Below are positions 58,514-64,000 of a stretch of 64,000 bases of DNA, piece by piece. This DNA is from Elusimicrobiota bacterium (lineage in GTDB: Bacteria > Elusimicrobiota > Elusimicrobia > UBA1565 > UBA9628), in assembly GCA_027406905.1 (NCBI GenBank), contig DAHZHT010000007.1, positions 1,024 to 65,023 of the forward strand. Reading direction: 5' to 3'. The notes beneath the pieces are model-generated. The model was not told the DNA's origin. It made no database searches and saw only the letters and a list, made by a program, of their open reading frames with translations. The position numbers and the translations under genes were made by a program. Position 1 is the stretch's first letter, and the number at the start of each line of letters is the position of its first letter.

Positions 58514-61500
58514 TTATTTCACGACCGCCACCTTTAAAATCTTAGATAGGCCAGGCCCCGTCACTCTAACGAGATAAATTCCGCTGGCCACGACAGAACT
58601 GCGCAAATTTTTTCCATCCCAGTTGACCGATCCTGCTCCGGCGGCGACGTTGCCGTCAAACAAAGTCGCGACTTCTTCGCCATTCATCGTATAGACCTTG
58701 ACCGTGACATGTCCGGCCTGCTGAATCTGATACTTAATCGTCGCTTCTTGCCCCTTGAGAGGATTAAAAAGGTTGTTCCAGGCCGAGGCGTCGGTTTGAG
58801 ATGTTCCCAAATTCAAAGGCCCTGATAAGCCCATGCTGACGGTGCTGCCGGCGATATCATATGCGAAAACTTCCAGATACACCGTTCCCACCGCCGGAAA
58901 GCGCGCGGAAAAATTATTCTGAATCTGAACCGAGCCGGAAATCTGGCCATTGACATTGACAGAGGAAACCAAGGTTAAATAATTGGAAGAAGAATCGGGG
59001 GATGTCTGAGTATTGGGAAGTATATTTTGAGACTGGTCTCTAAGCTGGGCATAAGCGAAGAAATACTGCGGGGTCTGAAGATGAGAAGCCGAACCCAGCT
59101 GCGAAGCGCTCACGTTAGAGGCGATAGAAACCTGGAAACTGATTAAGTCTTGATTGACGGCGGCGCTGACCACATTGGCGGATAAGGCGTTAATCTGCGG
59201 AAAGCTAAAATCCAAGGTATACGGGTTTAAAGAACTGGCGCCGCTGACCGAGTCCGAACCATCGTTTCCGCCGGTGACATCCAAGAAAAACCTTCCGCCC
59301 GAAGACGCGTAGCTAAGCTGAACGCTGGAAGCGCTCACCTCGCAATCGTTAAACAGGCAGTAGCCGTTGAGAGTATTGAGCCCGTTAAAACTGGGCGCAG
59401 CGGTAGTGATAATGTCATGATTAGAATCAAGCAACGTCATTTGATAGCCCTTATAGTAACCTGGATGGCTGGTTGAAGAGGAAAGATTAAGCGTAATGTT
59501 AATTGGGCCGGGAGCGGCGGCAAAGGTGTAAAAATCCTGTTCTCCCGCAGGATAGAGGGTGGCGGTAACCGTCGTGAGCGTGCTGACGTCTAAAGCCGTT
59601 TCAAAGCCGCTATTGCAGTAAGGATCGTTGGAATTAATCTGCGGATAGGAGCAGAGGTTAATTCCATGATCCTGAAAGGAAGTGATAATATCTGAAGCGA
59701 TATTAGAAGAAGAAGTGAAACTGCAAGCCGAAGCCAATCCCATCGAATTGACATCGAGCAAAGCCTGTTCCATTTCCTCATAACTTTCCGGGAAAAACAA
59801 GAGAGCGTTCATTTCCAACTGACTGATGCAATTAATAGCGGGACAATTGAGCTGATTGCCGGGAGAGGAGGGCGGAGTGGAAAGCTCTCCGGTCGTGCAT
59901 GCGCCGTCACGCGCGATTTCTTTCCCTCTAATCTCCCACATTGACTGGCTAAAATACTCGCCGTCGCAGTGAATCTCACCCGTCCAAGTAGAGCTGGAAT
60001 AAACCGCCGGCTGAACGCTGCGGCAACTGTCGGCCATTCCGCCGAAAGTCGCGCAGCCGTTATTTGAATCCGTGCTAGCCCCGCACAAGTTTCTCACCGG
60101 ACCATAGGCGGGGTTTTCTCCGTTGACGTAATATCCGATGCCGGGATCGTTTAGGGAATTAGCCGACCAAAAATCGGCATTGCCCTCCGAAATAGCCCCT
60201 GATTGCCCGAAATTGGTGATCGGCCAAATTTTTTGAACCAGATAATGAGTGAGTTCATGATGCGGAACAGTCGCGTCATCGGTCATAATATCGACAATGG
60301 AACTTCCGCCCTGACTGACCGCCGTCGCGCCGCCGTCCCCAAACCAAATATTGTCATCCTGGGGATCATAAAAGGCATTGGTCATATTGGGACCGAAGAA
60401 AGCCAGGGCCGAGGCCCTCCCGCTGAGAAACTCCGCGCTTAAATTCGGTCCCAGAACCTGGCTAAAGAAATCATGCTGAAGGTTCAGATGGTAGTAAAGA
60501 CTTAATTCTCCCTCCATCCCTGAAGGAGTCATCGTAGCGGCCCAGACAACGTTGTTATTACTCCCGGTCACGGTGGGATTGGACAAAACCAAATAACTGG
60601 AAGAAACTATTGAATAAGAATCTCCCCCCGGGCTTGCGGGTTGCTCGGCAAGCAAAATATTTTCGGAATTTCCCACCGACATCGTGCCGCCAAAGGAAGA
60701 AACCTTGGGGGAAGTTAAATTTCCAACGTAGCTTGCGATCACGTTTCCATTGGAATCTAAGATCAAAAGTTCGTCATCTGTCGTGATTCCAAAATTTTCC
60801 CCTGAAGCGCTAAAATTAACCCCTACATTGAGATTGGAGAAAACCGGAAGAAAACCCACCGCTCCCAAGGATAGGGGAATGCTGATGGTCTGGCTTGAAA
60901 TAATCCCTCCAGGGGTCGAGGCTGGCGATGGACCAAAAGACAGGCTTTCAGGAATGACTCCCCAAACGCCTCCTTCATTTTCATATGAAGCGTTGGCGCC
61001 AAAATAACTGGAGACATCCACGTATTGCCCCTGGAACATGGTAAAGATTTCCCCATTCTGAGAAGACGAGTAATTCCCGTTCTGATCGGTAGAAGTCCGG
61101 TAAGAAGGGCCCCCCACATAGATCCACTCATTTTCAAAAGGCCGGGCGATAAGGCAAGGAGGAACAACGCCGGTACATTGCGAAGTTTGCGATTGCAAGG
61201 CGGGATCAACATCATAAACCATTCCTTGAACATTTCCGGAAAAACCGCTTGATTCTAAAATATCGTAGCGAAGAAGAATTTGTCCGGTCTTAGCGTCGAC
61301 GTAGTAGCGCCAGAGATGCTGGGGATTTCGGACTAAAAAACGCCAGGCCAGATGCGGCGCTGCCGTGTTTAAATCTGGAAATACCACTAGGGTTGGGGTC
61401 ACCGGAGTCCCGCCGGAATCCTGGGCGACCACCTGGGCCGCCTGGGAAGAGGGAATGCTGGGAACGGTATTGACCTGAATGTGCGGCAAAAAATTAGAGT

Positions 61501-61945
61501 CAAGTCTCAAAACCGCTCCGCTTGAGTCCATCTGAACCTTGACCCGGCTAAACTCGACCGGCAAGCCCTGATAAGTTTGCTGATAAAGAGCGTGTATATG
61601 CCCAAGCCCGGAATTTTCGTTTAAAAACTGAAGCTCAGAGGGATTGAGGTTAAGATTTTTTCCGACTGCCGCCAGAAAAGCGTCCGCCGCGGCCTTAGGG
61701 CGCACTCTCGAAAAACTAGGGGAAACCACTCGAACCCCGACCGCATGGTTTGGGAAATGGGAGTGATTGTAAGAATAAATATAAGGCGAAGAGTCTCCCG
61801 CGGAAAAAAGAGGCGGCTTTGGGAAAACCTGGTTAAGGCCAAAGCGCTGAATATCGCTTTTAGATTTAGAAGAGGCCTTGAAAGCCAATAGGGGGCTAAA
61901 GAGAAAAAAAGCGGCGCAAAAGAAAACGAGAAACTTTTTGATCAC
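58514..61945 (-). CDS. Secreted zinc metalloprotease (M4/M36-like, FTP+PepSY propeptide, PPC-like domain) with T9SS-type/FlgD-Ig-like C-terminal sorting domain
   Basis: 1143 aa. Has HELTHY (HExxH) and downstream ...ISEGNADFWS (Glu ligand region). The PPC-like segment reads ...ATLYPAGEQDFYTF.... The C-terminus reads ...ATIKYQIQQAGHVTVKVYTMNGEEVATLFDG...GIYLVRVTGPGLSKILKVAVVK. Confidence 0.65.
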   Translation of the reverse strand: MIKKFLVFFCAAFFLFSPLLAFKASSKSKSDIQRFGLNQVFPKPPLFSAGDSSPYIYSYNHSHFPNHAVGVRVVSPSFSRVRPKAAADAFLAAVGKNLNLNPSELQFLNENSGLGHIHALYQQTYQGLPVEFSRVKVQMDSSGAVLRLDSNFLPHIQVNTVPSIPSSQAAQVVAQDSGGTPVTPTLVVFPDLNTAAPHLAWRFLVRNPQHLWRYYVDAKTGQILLRYDILESSGFSGNVQGMVYDVDPALQSQTSQCTGVVPPCLIARPFENEWIYVGGPSYRTSTDQNGNYSSSQNGEIFTMFQGQYVDVSSYFGANASYENEGGVWGVIPESLSFGPSPASTPGGIISSQTISIPLSLGAVGFLPVFSNLNVGVNFSASGENFGITTDDELLILDSNGNVIASYVGNLTSPKVSSFGGTMSVGNSENILLAEQPASPGGDSYSIVSSSYLVLSNPTVTGSNNNVVWAATMTPSGMEGELSLYYHLNLQHDFFSQVLGPNLSAEFLSGRASALAFFGPNMTNAFYDPQDDNIWFGDGGATAVSQGGSSIVDIMTDDATVPHHELTHYLVQKIWPITNFGQSGAISEGNADFWSANSLNDPGIGYYVNGENPAYGPVRNLCGASTDSNNGCATFGGMADSCRSVQPAVYSSSTWTGEIHCDGEYFSQSMWEIRGKEIARDGACTTGELSTPPSSPGNQLNCPAINCISQLEMNALLFFPESYEEMEQALLDVNSMGLASACSFTSSSNIASDIITSFQDHGINLCSYPQINSNDPYCNSGFETALDVSTLTTVTATLYPAGEQDFYTFAAAPGPINITLNLSSSTSHPGYYKGYQMTLLDSNHDIITTAAPSFNGLNTLNGYCLFNDCEVSASSVQLSYASSGGRFFLDVTGGNDGSDSVSGASSLNPYTLDFSFPQINALSANVVSAAVNQDLISFQVSIASNVSASQLGSASHLQTPQYFFAYAQLRDQSQNILPNTQTSPDSSSNYLTLVSSVNVNGQISGSVQIQNNFSARFPAVGTVYLEVFAYDIAGSTVSMGLSGPLNLGTSQTDASAWNNLFNPLKGQEATIKYQIQQAGHVTVKVYTMNGEEVATLFDGNVAAGAGSVNWDGKNLRSSVVASGIYLVRVTGPGLSKILKVAVVK

Positions 61946-63042
61946 GAACCCTTCCTGCCGGCGATATGCTCTAAAAGAAACGTAGCGGCTTTAATCCGCA
62001 AGCGAATATCGGCGTTTGATTTCAACATATCGGCCAGCAAATGGTCTGCATGAAAAGAGTTATCAGCCCCCAAGACATTTAAAGCCAGGTTTTTTAAATC
62101 AGGGTCCGTGGCGCTTAATATTCTCTCCGGCAAATTGAGATCCACTTTTTGCCCTCTTCTCGCCAACCCCGTCTCGGCTTCAAGGCGCGTGTCTGAATTA
62201 AGAGAATCTTCCAATATTTTCTTAAGCGCCGGAATCGAAGCCGCATCAGACAGAAGAGACAAACCCACCAAGGCCTGGGCGCGAACCCGCGGATCTTCAT
62301 CTTTCAAAGCCCGGGTAAGAAGGGGGGCGCTTTCGGCTGCGGGAAATTGCGGCAAGACCCGCATCGCCTCTTCCCGGACATCCACCGAGGGATCCGAAGA
62401 TGCGCGAATAAGTCCTTGCAAAGCCTCAGGGCTTCCAATGTCTCCCAAATCTCTCGCCGCTGCCACCCTGACCGGGACTTCAAGGCTATCCAAAGCCGAG
62501 ATAAATTCAGAGACGAAATCCGAAAGCCCCATTCGCGCCAGTCCCACCGCCGCCGCATCCCGAACTTCTCCGGAAGGATCGTTGAGAAGACTTCTAAGCA
62601 ATGATTCCGATTTCTTTCCCTCAATGGCAAATAGTTTGCGAATCGCTAAAACCCGCATTTTATCGTGGGCAATGCGGCGCAGTTCGGCCACCGGAGAAGA
62701 ATCAGAAGCGCTCTGAGAAGACTGGCGAATAATGGATTTAAGAACCGGAACTCCCGCAAGACTCTTGAGTTCAAAGAGGCTATAGGCCGCGGCAATCCGG
62801 ACGGAATCGTCTTGATCGCGCAAGGCCTGTTTTAAAACTGAAATGGCGGCGGGATTTCCGATGATGCCCCAAGCCCTGGCCGCCTGAGAACGAACCCTAG
62901 AATCCGAATTCGACAAGGATTGGGATAAAAGCTTTAAAGCCTCCTTGCCGGCCGCCTGCAAATCTTTGGGGAGAAGCGCCGCCGCAAAGGCTGAAACGCT
63001 CGCGAAACTCAAGAGGACCAAGGCCAATCTAATCTTTTTCAT
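61942..63042 (-). CDS. HEAT-repeat (PBS-lyase-type) protein, secreted
   Basis: 366 aa with a signal peptide and repeated D..VR..AA.ALG.IG units (SDSRVRSQAARAWGIIG, QDDSVRIAAAYSL, PSGEVRDAAAVGLARMG, LEVPVRVAAARDLGDIG...). It overlaps the protease gene by 4 nt. Confidence 0.7.
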   Translation of the reverse strand: MKKIRLALVLLSFASVSAFAAALLPKDLQAAGKEALKLLSQSLSNSDSRVRSQAARAWGIIGNPAAISVLKQALRDQDDSVRIAAAYSLFELKSLAGVPVLKSIIRQSSQSASDSSPVAELRRIAHDKMRVLAIRKLFAIEGKKSESLLRSLLNDPSGEVRDAAAVGLARMGLSDFVSEFISALDSLEVPVRVAAARDLGDIGSPEALQGLIRASSDPSVDVREEAMRVLPQFPAAESAPLLTRALKDEDPRVRAQALVGLSLLSDAASIPALKKILEDSLNSDTRLEAETGLARRGQKVDLNLPERILSATDPDLKNLALNVLGADNSFHADHLLADMLKSNADIRLRIKAATFLLEHIAGRKGS

Positions 63043-63171
63043 TTTTCTAGCCTATAAAAAGTATGACGGAAAAAACCACTTTTTCGGTTTCCAGAATATT
63101 ACAAAAAGAATAGGCCTCATCCCCGCGTCAATTCTTTAGTCTTTTTGTATACTTTGAAAAAGGAGATATCT

Positions 63172-64000
63172 ATGGCGGAATTAACTGAAATTTTGGCGAT
63201 GGCCGTCCAACAAAAAGCCAGCGACGTCCTTTTAGCTCCCCATCAACCGGCCAACGCCCGCATTAACGGCGTCATCCGCCCTTTGCCGGGCATCAATCCC
63301 CCGGATGCCGCCGAATGTAAAAGATGGATTTTTTCCGCTTTAAATCCAGTCCAGCAAAAAGATTTTGAGCGCGATCATGAATTAGATTTCGCCTTTAGCG
63401 TCAAAGGCGTTGGGCGTTTTAGAACCAACGTCTTTCTCCAAGCCTATGGCGTCGCCGCCGCCTTTCGCCATATCCCCGGCGTCATCCCGACCCCAGAACA
63501 GATTGGCCTTAATCAAACTATTTTAAATTTCTGCAATCTCCCGAGAGGTTTGGTCCTGGTGACGGGGCCGACAGGCTCGGGCAAAACGAGCACGCTGGCC
63601 GCCATGATTGAACGAATCAACGCCAATCAGCACAAACACATCCTGACCATTGAAGACCCCATCGAATTTCTTTACCAAAGCAAAAATTCTCTCGTCAACC
63701 AAAGAGAAGTGGGCGTTCACACCGGGTCTTTTAGCCGCGCGCTTAAATACGCTCTCAGGCAAAACCCGGACGTAATTTTAGTGGGAGAAATGCGGGACCG
63801 CGAAACCATGGCTTTGGCCTTGGCCGCGGCGGAAACCGGGCACCTTTGCTTTTCCACCCTTCATACCCGAGACGCGGCATCAACTGTTAACCGCATCATT
63901 GAAGAATTTCCCAGCGATCAACAAAATAGCTTGCGGGTCATTCTCTGTTCGGTCCTTGCGGGAGTCATTTGTCAAACGCTTCTGCCCCGTAAAGGCGGAG
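63172..64000 (+). CDS. pilT: Type IV pilus retraction ATPase PilT (3-prime end beyond the window)
   Basis: Hand translation: MAELTEILAMAVQQKASDVLL...GLVLVTGPTGSGKTSTLAAMI...ILVGEMRDRETMALALAAAETGHLCFSTLHT. AAAGGAG lies 7 nt upstream of the ATG. Not in the ORF track because it is open at the window edge. Confidence 0.85.
   Translation, partial: MAELTEILAMAVQQKASDVLLAPHQPANARINGVIRPLPGINPPDAAECKRWIFSALNPVQQKDFERDHELDFAFSVKGVGRFRTNVFLQAYGVAAAFRHIPGVIPTPEQIGLNQTILNFCNLPRGLVLVTGPTGSGKTSTLAAMIERINANQHKHILTIEDPIEFLYQSKNSLVNQREVGVHTGSFSRALKYALRQNPDVILVGEMRDRETMALALAAAETGHLCFSTLHTRDAASTVNRIIEEFPSDQQNSLRVILCSVLAGVICQTLLPRKGG

Noticed and set aside
1-64000. rRNA, tRNA, tmRNA, CRISPR arrays, transposases, integrases, phage structural genes
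   Set aside because: Reading the intergenic regions and ORF translations, I found no sequence resembling conserved rRNA or tRNA features, no regularly spaced repeats and no DDE, tyrosine or serine recombinase motifs. Small ncRNAs cannot be excluded without covariance-model searches.

Overview
This 64-kb window looks like it comes from an uncultivated diderm bacterium. It carries an outer-membrane porin, PorV-like barrels, a T9SS-type C-terminal sorting domain and PilT. Taxon cannot be assigned without a database search. All domain calls below come from motifs I read in the translations, not from searches. Hand-derived coordinates may be off by 1-2 nt.

LEFT HALF (1-33.3 kb, mostly minus strand): a surface-glycan (O-antigen/CPS-type) locus.
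- Export genes: the ABC exporter pair wzm/wzt, where Wzt has a C-terminal glycan-binding extension, plus a Wzx-like flippase.
- About nine glycosyltransferase domains and two paralogous GT-C-like polytopic proteins.
- A 1395-aa fusion of FkbM methyltransferase, coiled coil, GT9-like and WbsX-like domains.
- A CDP-3,6-dideoxyhexose (tyvelose-type) gene set in Salmonella/Yersinia order (rfbF-rfbG-rfbH-prt-tyv), with no E3 reductase found.
- Accessory modules colonising the locus: two HI0073/HI0074-type MNT-HEPN pairs, MntA with a decayed HepT, DUF433/DUF5615, BrnA with a frameshifted BrnT, AbiEi/AbiEii, HigB/HigA, and three COG1373-type AAA ATPases.
- Several modules overlap biosynthetic or export genes by 4-8 nt.
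- Several are bracketed by echoes of neighbouring gene ends (wzm 5-prime, rfbG 5-prime, rfbH-like 3-prime) or by conserved cassette termini. This mosaic of glycan genes and addiction/Abi cassettes, with readable recombination scars, is the most unusual thing I can see.

RIGHT HALF (33.3-64 kb): mostly housekeeping and envelope genes.
- Housekeeping genes: porin, yajQ, prolyl oligopeptidase, RluA-family synthase, rfbC, kamA, dusB and a minimal histidine kinase.
- An ACAD/DUF35/thiolase x2/DUF35/MaoC operon.
- An unusual HAD-phosphatase/double PQ-loop fusion.
- A PorV-centred secretion neighbourhood: two PorV-like barrels, an S8 protease, an M4/M36-like metalloprotease with a T9SS-type CTD, and a HEAT-repeat protein.
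- A SWIB-domain protein and a partial pilT.

No rRNA, tRNA, CRISPR array, transposase or integrase was recognised.
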